In this document: piece after piece, positions 1 to 8,951 of the stretch
How the letters are laid out: each line of letters begins with the position of its first letter
How positions within the stretch are numbered: position 1 is the first letter of the stretch
Made by a program: the position numbers and the translations under genes
Assembly (NCBI GenBank): GCA_015064185.1
Contig: SVSS01000005.1
Span: 14,198 to 78,197, forward strand
DNA length: 64,000 nt
Origin: Oscillospiraceae bacterium
GTDB lineage: Bacteria > Bacillota > Clostridia > Oscillospirales > CAG-272
Direction of reading: 5' to 3'
The notes under the pieces: generated by a model
Told to the model about the DNA's origin: nothing
Database searches by the model: none
The model's input: only the letters and a program-made list of their open reading frames with translations

Positions 1-263
1 TATAAATTTCCGCAAACGTTCGGCGTGAGCAGACAAGTGCGCGATCAAAAACGCCCGAAAAATCGCGCCAAAATGTAAACAATTTGTGTACTCGTTGCGG
101 AGAATGTGTTTTTTGTGTGATAAACAAAAGAGAGGACTTTGAACCCCCGAACCCTTGCGGCACAAGGATTTGAGGGAAAACGAGGCGCGCCGCGCCAAGC
201 GCCTTTACCTATTTATAATACACGCACGCGAAGGGGAGAACGCAGAAAAAATTAAAAATCCTA

Positions 264-292
264 TTGACAATTTGCCAAATTTATCATAAAAT
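264..292 (+). promoter_or_regulatory. sigma-A type promoter for the surface-protein operon
   Basis: TTGACA (264-269), 17-bp spacer, TAAAAT (287-292). A 5'-UTR hairpin follows at about 307-348. Confidence 0.7.
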
Positions 293-386
293 TATCATGT
301 GAATTCGTCCTTACTGTACAAAATTGCCTATTTGTTGCAGTAGGATGCTTCCCAAAAAACCAAAAACAAAAAGGAGAAAATTTATC

Positions 387-2102
387 ATGAGAAAACAACT
401 TAAAGTGCTTCTCTTGGTGGCAACCGTTCTTGCATTGTTTGCAATGGCAATGATCGTTGGTTCTGCTACTGAAACAGAAGTAGGTACCGGCCCTGCTTTG
501 GTTGATGCAGTTGCCAACGCCACAGATGAAGACATCATCAAGCTAACCGCAGACGTTACGCTGGATGCACCTCTTGCCATCAACAAGTCGATCACCATTG
601 ACGGTCAAGGCAACACCATCACGCTTGCTGAGTCTGTTACCACTGGTCAGATCTTCGACATTAGCGCAGAGGCATTTACCATCCAAAACGTTACTGTGGA
701 TGCTGACGGCCTCGTCAACACCGGATCAGCTTCCGTTGCTTATTTGTTTAAGTTGAGCGGTGAAGTTGAATTCATGGCTGAAAACGTCATTTCCGAATTT
801 AAGTGCTTTCTGTTTACTCCCGCTGTTGCCGGAGCAACGGTTGACTTCAAGGGCTGCACCCTTACTTACATCGGCAATTACCAGGTAGTGCGCTACGGTA
901 AAGCGCTTGGTCCTGCGTCCATTACATTTGACGATTGCGATATCACCGCAATGACCGTAGATACGGCTGTGTTTAAGGCCGAAACGACCACCATTACCTT
1001 CAACGATTGCGAGATTGACACCAATGGGGCTGTTCATTATTCTGATTCGACGGCTGTCAATCTTATTGTTACCGGCGCCGATACTGTTATCAAGGCTGAC
1101 TATCTTGCCAATTTTAAGCCTAAGGCAGCCGCAAACGTTACCATCGGTACAAATGGCAGCAACGATAATATTCAAATCGAGTGCACTGAGGCTATTGTCA
1201 ACTTTAATAGAGCCTCTTCATACGCTTATACACTTAATGTTTACAGCGGTACCTTTACGGCTCCTGCCTTTGTTGTAAACAATGGCGGCACTGCTACTGT
1301 AGTGAATGTTGCAAATGCTACCGTTAACGGCTCTCTCTTCAAGACTGCTATAGGTAAGATTACCGTTGCAAACAGCACTGTTAACGGCGCTACCGGCGCA
1401 AATATTGCTGAGTTTGATATTGCTACTATGTTCCCTGCAGCCAACATCCTTGTTGTTCCCACTGCTCTTGTTGTAAACAATGTAGCTGTAATTGATTACA
1501 AGGTCTTCGCTGGCACTGTTGTTCTTGCTCCTGTAGGCGTTAAGATGGCTGCAGATCAGGCTAACGACACCTACGTACAGGCTGTAACCTATGGCGGTAA
1601 CAGCTACAAGATGTACGTTGCTGATGCAGGCGACTTTGAAAACGCTGCTGCTGCAGGCGCTTCTATCCGTGAGGATATGAACGGCTTGATGTTTGCAACC
1701 GAGATCGCTAAGGAAGACGTTGAGGCAATTCTTGCTGCTAACAGCGTAACTCTTGCAGATCTTCGCTTCTACACCTTGATCGCTCCCATGGATTACGTTG
1801 CAAAGGCAAACGGCGTATTCACTAAGGCTGCACTTGATGCAACCGATATCGCAGGCACCAAGTACGTTGCAATCCAGGCTCAGAACAGCTTGCTCGGCAT
1901 TACCGACGGCGCATGGGATCAGGATGCTACCGCAGTAGCTTACAGCGGCGTTCTTAGCCAGCTGAAGAGCCAGACTCGCGGTTACGCGGCTGTTGCTATG
2001 ATCGAGTTTACGGTTGGCGGGACCACCACTACTCTTTACGGCGATTTCTGCACTCTTGATAACGTACGTAGCGCAACTCAGGTTGCAGCTTTGGCTCAAT
2101 AA
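387..2102 (+). CDS. Secreted/cell-surface protein, Ala/Thr/Val-rich; beta-helix-like N-terminal region and a GASIR...GLMF...RSATQVA C-terminal domain
   Basis: ORF 324..2102 with ATG at 387 after AGGAG. Signal peptide MRKQLKVLLLVATVLALFAMAMIVGSA. The IKLTADVTLDAPLAINKSITIDGQGNTI segment is typical of pectate-lyase-like/adhesin starts. Confidence 0.7.
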   Translation: MRKQLKVLLLVATVLALFAMAMIVGSATETEVGTGPALVDAVANATDEDIIKLTADVTLDAPLAINKSITIDGQGNTITLAESVTTGQIFDISAEAFTIQNVTVDADGLVNTGSASVAYLFKLSGEVEFMAENVISEFKCFLFTPAVAGATVDFKGCTLTYIGNYQVVRYGKALGPASITFDDCDITAMTVDTAVFKAETTTITFNDCEIDTNGAVHYSDSTAVNLIVTGADTVIKADYLANFKPKAAANVTIGTNGSNDNIQIECTEAIVNFNRASSYAYTLNVYSGTFTAPAFVVNNGGTATVVNVANATVNGSLFKTAIGKITVANSTVNGATGANIAEFDIATMFPAANILVVPTALVVNNVAVIDYKVFAGTVVLAPVGVKMAADQANDTYVQAVTYGGNSYKMYVADAGDFENAAAAGASIREDMNGLMFATEIAKEDVEAILAANSVTLADLRFYTLIAPMDYVAKANGVFTKAALDATDIAGTKYVAIQAQNSLLGITDGAWDQDATAVAYSGVLSQLKSQTRGYAAVAMIEFTVGGTTTTLYGDFCTLDNVRSATQVAALAQ

Positions 2103-2111
2103 AGGAGGAAA

Positions 2112-2249
2112 ATGAATATGAAAAAGATTTATGAAGCACCTACCTCTGAGCTGATTTATATTGCATCTGCTGATATCATTACTACATCTCAGATCGACGC
2201 TATTGCTGATGACTTTGGCGCTGAGATTACCGATATCGTAATTGGCTAA
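2112..2249 (+). CDS. 45-aa small peptide MNMKKIYEAPTSELIYIASADIITTSQIDAIADDFGAEITDIVIG (leader-peptide-like)
   Basis: Below the length cut-off of the ORF track. Strong RBS AAGGAGG (2102-2108) directly after the upstream stop, ATG at 2112, TAA at 2247-2249, followed by a terminator. Confidence 0.8.
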   Translation: MNMKKIYEAPTSELIYIASADIITTSQIDAIADDFGAEITDIVIG

Positions 2250-2283
2250 TTGCAAAACTAGCTTTTTAAAATGAGGTAATGAA

Positions 2284-2324
2284 CCCCCGTGGAACATGAT
2301 CGTTCCACGGGGGCTTTCATTTTT
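2284..2324 (+). terminator. Rho-independent terminator
   Basis: CCCCCGTGGAAC-ATGATC-GTTCCACGGGGG followed by CTTTCATTTTT. Confidence 0.8.
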
Positions 2325-2521
2325 GGGGGAATTTATTGGGTGAGTCAACAAAATGCGGGATGTTTTAATATTGCGTATAGGTGCAAACAAGATGTACTAT
2401 GATATGATACCCTACAAAAAACAACAAGAACGCAATTTGCATTCTTGGGATAGGGCATATGCCCGAAACTGAAATACCCCCCCGCTATGCGAGGGGTATT
2501 GGGCTATTGGTTTGTTTTTTG

Positions 2522-3001
2522 TTATTTGTGATATTTTATGCCCTGCAGGATGGATAGGCTACGATAGACCGTTTCAAGCAGCAGCACGCGCATCATTTGA
2601 TGTGGGAAGGTAAGCTTTGATACCGAAAGACGCAATGCAGCTGCCTTTTTTACGCTGTCAGAGAGACCATGCGAGCTGCCGATGATCAGCGTGAGATGCC
2701 CGCTTTGCTGCATGATAGTGGAAAGCTTGTCGGAAAGCTCCTCTGAGGAGAGCTGACCACCCTCTACGCAAAGCGCCGCCACATAGCTGCGCGAGGGAAT
2801 TGCGGCAAGTATCGCCTGTGCCTCCTTATCCAGCGCTGTTTTGATCTCGGCGGGCGAGGGGTTTTCGGGCAAGCGGTATTCCTTTAGTTCTATAATCTCA
2901 AGCTTTGCCATGGTGGCAAGGCGCTTTTCGTATTCGGCAAGTGCGGCGCGCCAATAGCTTTCCTTTAAATTGCCAAGCGCGATCAAGCGAATATGTAGCA
3001 T
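2522..3001 (-). CDS. rlmH: 23S rRNA (pseudouridine1915-N3)-methyltransferase
   Basis: 159 aa with SPOUT motifs IIGSSHGLS and LTFPHQMMRVLLLETVYRS; ends in YHK. Confidence 0.95.
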   Translation of the reverse strand: MLHIRLIALGNLKESYWRAALAEYEKRLATMAKLEIIELKEYRLPENPSPAEIKTALDKEAQAILAAIPSRSYVAALCVEGGQLSSEELSDKLSTIMQQSGHLTLIIGSSHGLSDSVKKAAALRLSVSKLTFPHQMMRVLLLETVYRSLSILQGIKYHK

Positions 3002-3023
3002 AGCGGTGCTCCTTTGTGGAATT

Positions 3024-3431
3024 TTACATGCGTAAGAAGGTATCTATGATAAAGAGATCAACGGCATCTATCAAAAATGTCACCACAAGCGGGAAAATAA
3101 TGGTGAGCATCCATTTTGAGCGATTTTGTCTATTTTTGGCATCCTCAAGAAAGGCAATCTTTTTTTCGGCGCTCCAATCCTCCGGCAGCTGCTCGTGCGT
3201 AATGCCGTTTCGATAGAAAAAGCGGTTATAAATAAGGTAGGCAAGCGTAAAGCCAAGAAGCAGTGCCAGGTATAATACCATGCAAACAAAGGAATAGAAG
3301 GTCTGCTGCGATTGCTCGCCATAGGAGATCAGTACACGGTATACAATAAAAAAGAGCAGGGTATTGATACATAAAATGAGTAGATGCCGTTTGTTTTTGC
3401 CGTTTTTTTGCGGCTGGGGTGATGTTGCCAT
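3024..3431 (-). CDS. Hypothetical membrane protein (3 TM)
   Basis: ATG at 3431 after AAGGAG; three hydrophobic segments. The upstream part of the track ORF is REP sequence. Confidence 0.7.
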   Translation of the reverse strand: MATSPQPQKNGKNKRHLLILCINTLLFFIVYRVLISYGEQSQQTFYSFVCMVLYLALLLGFTLAYLIYNRFFYRNGITHEQLPEDWSAEKKIAFLEDAKNRQNRSKWMLTIIFPLVVTFLIDAVDLFIIDTFLRM

Positions 3432-3458
3432 AAGAGCTCCTTTTTTTAGGGAATTTTC

Positions 3459-3590
3459 GGGAGGGGGAACCCCTCCCCTACGGGTGTGGGCGGATAAGGC
3501 GCGAAATGTTACGATATCTCGTAGGGACCGGCGTCCTCGACGGTCCGCAATCCGCGATGTATAAAAAGGGAGGGGGAACCCCTCCCCTAC
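3459..3590. repeat. Cluster of three GTAG-type REP-like palindromes
   Basis: GTAGGGGAGGGGTTCCCCCTCCC on the minus strand at 3459-3481 and 3568-3590; GTAGGGACCGGCGTCCTCGACGGTCC on plus at 3521-3546. Confidence 0.75.
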
Positions 3591-3642
3591 GGAGAACAAT
3601 GTGCGAACAAGTCGCGCTTTGGGAAATGCGGTGGGGAAGCGT

Positions 3643-4926
3643 TTATATGACGGCTATGGCGCCCTCGGGGCGAATGGTAAGCGTCATGCAGGCGCCCTTG
3701 CCAAAGAGGTTATCCATGATTGTGGCAAAGCCTTCGGTATGGTTTTCGGGCACAAATGCCTGCACGGTGCCGGCAAAGCCGCCGCCGTGCACGCGCCATG
3801 CGCCTTTTTTATCCTGCAAAAAGCGCTCGGCAAGGCATAGGGCAAGAGAAAGCCCTTGCTCCGATACGTTTTTGGTGGTATACACGTTTTGCAAATAGCA
3901 AAACGAGGATCTGCCCGAGTCACGCACGGTTTCAAAAAACAGATCAATATCCTTTTGGGCAAGTGCCTTTTTGCCTGTCGCGACGCGGCGGTTCTCTCCA
4001 AAAAAGTGCAGTGCGCGCAGAATGGCGCGGTCGCCTACCATCTCGCGGAGCTTGGGGATAGCGGCAATTACCGCTTGCTCGCTTACCTCACTTAAAGCAG
4101 ATTTGCCCATAGCCGTGGCTACCGCCTTCATTTCGGCAGGGACTGCTGCATAATCGGGGGTGAGATCGGCATGGTTGCCGCCTGTGTTGACAATGGCGAG
4201 CGCATAGCCGTTTTTTGCAAGATCAAAGGTGATCTTTTCTATCACAGGGTGCTCTGCATTGGCAAAATCAATGGCAATGATGCCACCCACAGCGCATGCC
4301 ATTTGATCCATTAAGCCACAGGGCTTACCGAAAAACACGTTCTCGGCATATTGCGCGATCGTGGCGATCTCCCTGTTATCGACACTGCCGTTATTGTAGA
4401 GATGATTTTGAATATTGCCGATCATGACCTCAAACGCCGCAGACGAGGAAAGCCCAGAGCCCTTTAGCACGCTTGAGGTGGTATATGCCACAAATCCCCC
4501 TACACGGTGTCCGTTATTTCGGAAGCCCCGACACATGCCCGCGATCAGGGCATCCGACTTTGAAAAGTGTGCCTCGCGTGGGGCAGTAAAGTCGGAAATA
4601 TCCACCACGTCCTCGGGGTAACCCTCGGAGGTGACATGCACAACGGTGTCGTTTGTGGCGGCAGCCACCGCAATGATGTCAAGGTCGATCGATGCGGCTA
4701 TCACACAGCCGTGATTGTGGTCGGTGTGGTTGCCCAAAAGCTCACTGCGCCCCGACACCGAAAACACGCGTACGTCACGCGCTTTTCCGTAAAGATTCTC
4801 AAATGCGGTAAGGGCTTTTTGATAGCGCTCACGCTGGTGGGGCAGTGCTTTTTCGCCGTAAAGCGCAGCAAGGCGCACGTCCATGCCGCCGCCTTGCAAA
4901 AGATCTATTAGTTTGGAGGTATTCAT
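3643..4926 (-). CDS. galK: Galactokinase (GHMP kinase)
   Basis: GRSELLGNHTDHN, GSGLSSSAA, CGLMDQ and GGGFAGT motifs. Confidence 0.9.
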   Translation of the reverse strand: MNTSKLIDLLQGGGMDVRLAALYGEKALPHQRERYQKALTAFENLYGKARDVRVFSVSGRSELLGNHTDHNHGCVIAASIDLDIIAVAAATNDTVVHVTSEGYPEDVVDISDFTAPREAHFSKSDALIAGMCRGFRNNGHRVGGFVAYTTSSVLKGSGLSSSAAFEVMIGNIQNHLYNNGSVDNREIATIAQYAENVFFGKPCGLMDQMACAVGGIIAIDFANAEHPVIEKITFDLAKNGYALAIVNTGGNHADLTPDYAAVPAEMKAVATAMGKSALSEVSEQAVIAAIPKLREMVGDRAILRALHFFGENRRVATGKKALAQKDIDLFFETVRDSGRSSFCYLQNVYTTKNVSEQGLSLALCLAERFLQDKKGAWRVHGGGFAGTVQAFVPENHTEGFATIMDNLFGKGACMTLTIRPEGAIAVI

Positions 4927-4938
4927 CGTTTTTACCTT

Positions 4939-5871
4939 TCATTCAAGCCCCATTTGTCCGAGGAGCTTGCGATTAAATTCCTCTGCTGTATTATAGCCCA
5001 TCTTCTTTTGGCGGTTGTTCATTGCCGCGATCTCAAGAATAATGGCAAGGTTACGTCCCGGCTTTACGGGAATGGTGATAGAGGGCACCTCGTTTCCGAG
5101 GATATCCATGGTGTGCGTGTCAAGCCCCAAGCGGTCGTACATCTTGCCCTGTATCCATTGCTCAAGATTGATCACAAGGTCAATGCCCTGAGAATCCTTA
5201 ACGGCACCCATGCCGAAGATGCGGCGTACGTCAATGATGCCGATGCCACGCAGCTCTACGTAATGGCGGATGATGGGCGGTGCTGTGCCAACCAGCGTTT
5301 TAGCGGAAACGCGCTTGATCTCGACGGCATCGTCAGCGATCAGACGGTGCCCGCGCTTGACAAGTTCAATGGCGGTTTCACTCTTGCCAACGCCGGAATC
5401 ACCCAGCAGCAAAAGGCCCTCGCCGTATACCTCTACCAGCACGCCGTGCCGCGTAATGCGGGGGGCAAGCTGCACGTTGAGGTAGGCGATCAGTGCCGCC
5501 ATAAAGGGGCTTGTCTTTTCCTTGGTCGTCAAAAATGGCACACCGTAGCGCTCCGCTGCCTGCTTCATTGCATCAAAGGGCGCGAGCGAAGAGGTGATAA
5601 CCACTGCTACGGGCTTCTGTGCAAAAAACGATTCTATCTTTTTGTTTCGCGCCGTCTCCTCACATTTTGCAAGGTAGCGATATTCTGCTACGCCCACGAT
5701 TTGAATACGGGTGTGCTCAAATTCATCTAAAAACCCCGTCAGAGCAAGGCCGGGGCGGTCTACCTGAGTGTTGGAAATGATAACGTCTTCGGCATCGCCC
5801 GGCACGAAGATAGGATCAAGGGAGAGCTCCTTTATGAGTGATGCAAGCGAGATGCTGTAAATTTCCTGCAT
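4939..5871 (-). CDS. hprK: HPr(Ser) kinase/phosphorylase
   Basis: Walker A HGVLVEVYGEGLLLLGDSGVGKSETA, LIADDAV, ELRGIGII, PVKPGRNLA. ATG at 5871 with RBS. Confidence 0.97.
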   Translation of the reverse strand: MQEIYSISLASLIKELSLDPIFVPGDAEDVIISNTQVDRPGLALTGFLDEFEHTRIQIVGVAEYRYLAKCEETARNKKIESFFAQKPVAVVITSSLAPFDAMKQAAERYGVPFLTTKEKTSPFMAALIAYLNVQLAPRITRHGVLVEVYGEGLLLLGDSGVGKSETAIELVKRGHRLIADDAVEIKRVSAKTLVGTAPPIIRHYVELRGIGIIDVRRIFGMGAVKDSQGIDLVINLEQWIQGKMYDRLGLDTHTMDILGNEVPSITIPVKPGRNLAIILEIAAMNNRQKKMGYNTAEEFNRKLLGQMGLE

Positions 5872-6118
5872 GATAATTCTCCTTTGCAAAAGTCAAGTGC
5901 CGCCCCAAAACGGTGCATATACCTTGGCGGCTTTTCGCGCAATGTATTCACAGTTACTATCATTATAACACAGTTTTTTGTGATTGCATAGAGGATTTTT
6001 TTGTTTTTTCCAAAAAGGCTTTATGAAGGTGCGGTAAATTCACAAAATCTTCACAACTATAATTTATAATGTTCTTATAATTTTGTTATTGATCCGATGA
6101 TCGGAAAAGGAGTGGATT

Positions 6119-7267
6119 ATGAAACGCATGACCCGCATTCTGGCATTTTTGCTGACAGCAATGCTGTTGCTTGTGAGCTTGACCTCCTGCGCGGCGGCAC
6201 GCCCCATTCATGCTTCCCCACGCGCCACAAGGGCGGTTGCAACGGTGGGTGACGTGGAGATCCTTTATGAGGAGCTGTATTTCATTACCATGCGCTATAT
6301 TGCCGAGCTTAAGCTTGCGCACGGTGAAAACGCTCTTGATGATGAGGCAAACCGTCAAGAGCTTGAGCGCTTTGTGTGGGAGAGCTTTGTTTCACGTGAT
6401 ACGGCACTCATCTCTCTTGGCTACGAGTACGGCATTGACGTGTACAAGGGTGACGTTGCCGATAGCGTGCAGGAGCTTATGGATGGCTTTCTTGCGGATA
6501 ATTTTGACGGCGATCGGAAAGCCTATGTGGAAGAGCTTGCAAAAATGCACATGACCGATCACTATGTCCGCAAGTGCTTTGGCGTAGAAGATTATCTTGC
6601 CACCGATATCGTTGTGGAAATGGCAAAGCGCGGCGAGCTTGTAACTGACGATGCTGCCGTTCTCGAAACGCTGAACAGTGATAAGTTTATTCGTACCGTT
6701 CATGTCTTTATCAACAAATCAAACAGGGTCTATTCCGATGCCGAGCACCGTGCGCACGCAGCCGAAATACAAGCCGCCATTGCGGCTTGTACCGATAACG
6801 ATGCGCGCTATGAAGCGATGTGCGATGCCATTGGCGGCAAATATAACAACGACTTTGGTGATCCGCTCGGAAACGGGTATTATTTCACCCACGGTGAGAT
6901 GGACGAGGCGTACGAAGGTGCGGCGTTTGCACTTGCAGACTATGGCGTGAGTGACGTTGTGGAAACGGATGATGGGTATTATATCATCATGCGCCTGCCC
7001 AAGGATACCGCATATATTAACGAGCATTTTGAAACGTTGCGAGACAAATCTTACTTTGTTACGCTGAACCAAAAGGTTGATGAAAAGCTTGCCACGATGA
7101 CGCTTTCCAAAACCAATTTCGGTGAAAAGCTCGATCTTACCAACCTCGCACCTATCGATCCCGACGGGGGAAATCAAGCTATTGTTATCGTTTCTGTTGC
7201 AGCAGGTGCGGTGCTTGCCGGCGTTTCCGTCATGCTGTTCCTCAGAGCTCGTAAAAAACGCAAGTAA
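6119..7267 (+). CDS. PrsA/parvulin-type peptidyl-prolyl isomerase (foldase), lipoprotein with an additional C-terminal TM segment
   Basis: Lipobox-like LVSLTSC; rotamase motif GYYFTHGEMDEAYEGAAFAL...VSDVVETDDGYYII; C-terminal hydrophobic helix followed by RARKKRK. Confidence 0.8.
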   Translation: MKRMTRILAFLLTAMLLLVSLTSCAAARPIHASPRATRAVATVGDVEILYEELYFITMRYIAELKLAHGENALDDEANRQELERFVWESFVSRDTALISLGYEYGIDVYKGDVADSVQELMDGFLADNFDGDRKAYVEELAKMHMTDHYVRKCFGVEDYLATDIVVEMAKRGELVTDDAAVLETLNSDKFIRTVHVFINKSNRVYSDAEHRAHAAEIQAAIAACTDNDARYEAMCDAIGGKYNNDFGDPLGNGYYFTHGEMDEAYEGAAFALADYGVSDVVETDDGYYIIMRLPKDTAYINEHFETLRDKSYFVTLNQKVDEKLATMTLSKTNFGEKLDLTNLAPIDPDGGNQAIVIVSVAAGAVLAGVSVMLFLRARKKRK

Positions 7268-7319
7268 TATCAAAAGCAAGTAGCGTTTTGGGCTATTTGT
7301 TTGAAAGGAGTTCTCCTTT

Positions 7320-8045
7320 ATGGAAATCTTGCTTGAATATTTGTTTCTGTTTTGCACCTGTGCCACGGCAGGGTGGTGCCTTGAGGTCGTGTATCGCGCG
7401 TTTCGGCACCATAAGGTGGTCAACCCCGGCTTTTTGACGGGCTGCTGCCTGCCGATCTACGGCATGGGCGGTACAATACTTTACTTTCTTTCGGAGATGA
7501 AATTCCGTGCGCTTCCAAATGAATATGTGCGCGTTGCCGTGATACTGCTGATCGCTATGGTGATCATGACGCTCATTGAGCTTGTGGGCGGACTCATTGC
7601 GGTAAAATATTTCCGTGTGCGTCTTTGGGATTACTCGGGTGAGTGGATGAATTTTCAGGGTGTCATTTGTCCTAAGTTTTCAGTGATCTGGGGGCTGGTG
7701 TGCGCCATTTACTATTTCCTCATCTATCCCTTTATGCATAGTATAGCAGTGCGTGTGATCGAGCTGCCGTTGCTGATTCTCGCTGTTGGCGCTTACGTTG
7801 GCATTTTTGCTGTCGATCTTGGGCACTCCTTGCGCATTATGCAGCGCTTGCGTAAGTACGCATCGCAAATGCGTACAAGCATCAATCTCGATCAGCTCAA
7901 GGCAAACGCAAAGGAGCATTTTCGCCGCGAGCTTGGCAAAAAGCGACCGTTTAATTTCTACCGCATGATCAATTTCTATATGGCCGATGTGCATGGCTAC
8001 CGTGAACAGATCAATCGTAAGTGGGGTAGTAAGCATGAAAAATAA
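7320..8045 (+). CDS. Putative ABC transporter permease family membrane protein (CmpB/DUF1113-like)
   Basis: GWCLEV..R, NPGFLTGCCLPIYG and LWDYSGEWMNFQGVICPKFS motifs. Confidence 0.8.
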   Translation: MEILLEYLFLFCTCATAGWCLEVVYRAFRHHKVVNPGFLTGCCLPIYGMGGTILYFLSEMKFRALPNEYVRVAVILLIAMVIMTLIELVGGLIAVKYFRVRLWDYSGEWMNFQGVICPKFSVIWGLVCAIYYFLIYPFMHSIAVRVIELPLLILAVGAYVGIFAVDLGHSLRIMQRLRKYASQMRTSINLDQLKANAKEHFRRELGKKRPFNFYRMINFYMADVHGYREQINRKWGSKHEK

Positions 8046-8517
8046 AGCTGTGGATTATACGCTTTTTGATGAGGTCTGCCGTGAGGTGATCACGGCGGGC
8101 AGATACGAGGAGATGAAGCGTTACATATCTCATTCTGATATCACCGTATACCAGCATTGCCTAAAGGTGGCGCGCCTTGCCTATACCATGGCGGCAAGCA
8201 AAAGGAAAACAAGGTGCGATCTGCGTGCGCTTGTGCGCGGCGCCCTGCTGCATGATTACTATCTTTACGATTGGCACGACCCGAACAAGGGCTTTCGCTG
8301 GCATGGCTTTAAGCATCATCGCTTTGCGCTTGCCAATGCCGAGCGGGATTATGTGCTGAGCAAAAAGGAGAAGCAGATCATCTACACGCACATGTTTCCG
8401 CTTACCTTTTGGTGTGTGCCGCGCTGCCGCGAGGCGTGGTATGTAACGATTGCCGATAAGCGTGTGGCAACCGAGGAGACCATGAAGAAATATCGCGATA
8501 AAAAGAAAAAAGCCTAG
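8035..8517 (+). CDS. HD-domain phosphohydrolase
   Basis: YQHCLKVA, GALLHDYYLYDWH, HMFPLT, IADK. ATG at 8035 overlaps the upstream gene. Confidence 0.85.
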   Translation: MKNKAVDYTLFDEVCREVITAGRYEEMKRYISHSDITVYQHCLKVARLAYTMAASKRKTRCDLRALVRGALLHDYYLYDWHDPNKGFRWHGFKHHRFALANAERDYVLSKKEKQIIYTHMFPLTFWCVPRCREAWYVTIADKRVATEETMKKYRDKKKKA

Positions 8518-8792
8518 GCAAGAGGGAATAATCCGAACTCGGTTTTGGAAGGCAAATATTTGTATATGCTTCGGTAAATTTTCTTGCAATATCCGCATAT
8601 TGCTACAAAAATTTATCTCGCCTATCCTAAAATATTTGCTCTTTCAAAACTCAAAGACCCTCAAGCCTTGATTTTTTGATGATTTTGGTGCTTGGCGCTC
8701 GCCGCCAAGTGTGGACTTTGCAAGAGTGACAAGCTCCGAAGGCGCGAAAAAGCAAGGCTTGAGGGCGGGTTCGGATTATCCCCTCTTGCCTA
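8515..8792. mobile_element. MITE-like non-autonomous element with 22-bp terminal inverted repeats and flanking TA
   Basis: TA-GGCAAGAGGGAATAATCCGAAC (8515-8538) versus GTTCGGATTATCCCCTCTTGCC-TA (8769-8792), 23/24 complementary. Two internal long stems; no ORF. Confidence 0.8.
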
Positions 8793-8799
8793 ACGATCG

Positions 8800-8840
8800 G
8801 CGCCGCCCCAAATTAATTTTGGGGCGGCGCCTTTTTATTT
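8800..8840 (+). terminator. Rho-independent terminator
   Basis: GCGCCGCCCCAAA-TTAAT-TTTGGGGCGGCGC followed by CTTTTTATTT. Confidence 0.75.
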
Positions 8841-8951
8841 GCCGTGCGCAACTTTTTCTTTAAAGTGCAAAAGGGGCGCTTGATTTTCTTTTTTTTATAT
8901 GTTATACTATACTATGTATAATTATCTTTACGTTTGTTAAGGAGAACAATT

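Noticed and set aside
140-235. Imperfect palindromes upstream of the first gene (CCTTG-CGGCA-CAAGG; GGCGC...GCGCC)
   Set aside because: Short and at the window edge; cannot be assigned to a riboswitch or element from this sequence alone.
1-2540. Island integrated at the rlmH 3' end (SCCmec/orfX-like)
   Set aside because: No duplicated rlmH end or recombinase is visible; the window edge prevents a full test.
6038-6056. Possible Rex operators (TTCACAAAATCTTCACAA here; TTTTCACAACTGTGAAAA near 47498)
   Set aside because: The half-sites are in direct or wrong orientation relative to TTGTGAA-N4-TTCACAA, so the match is too weak.
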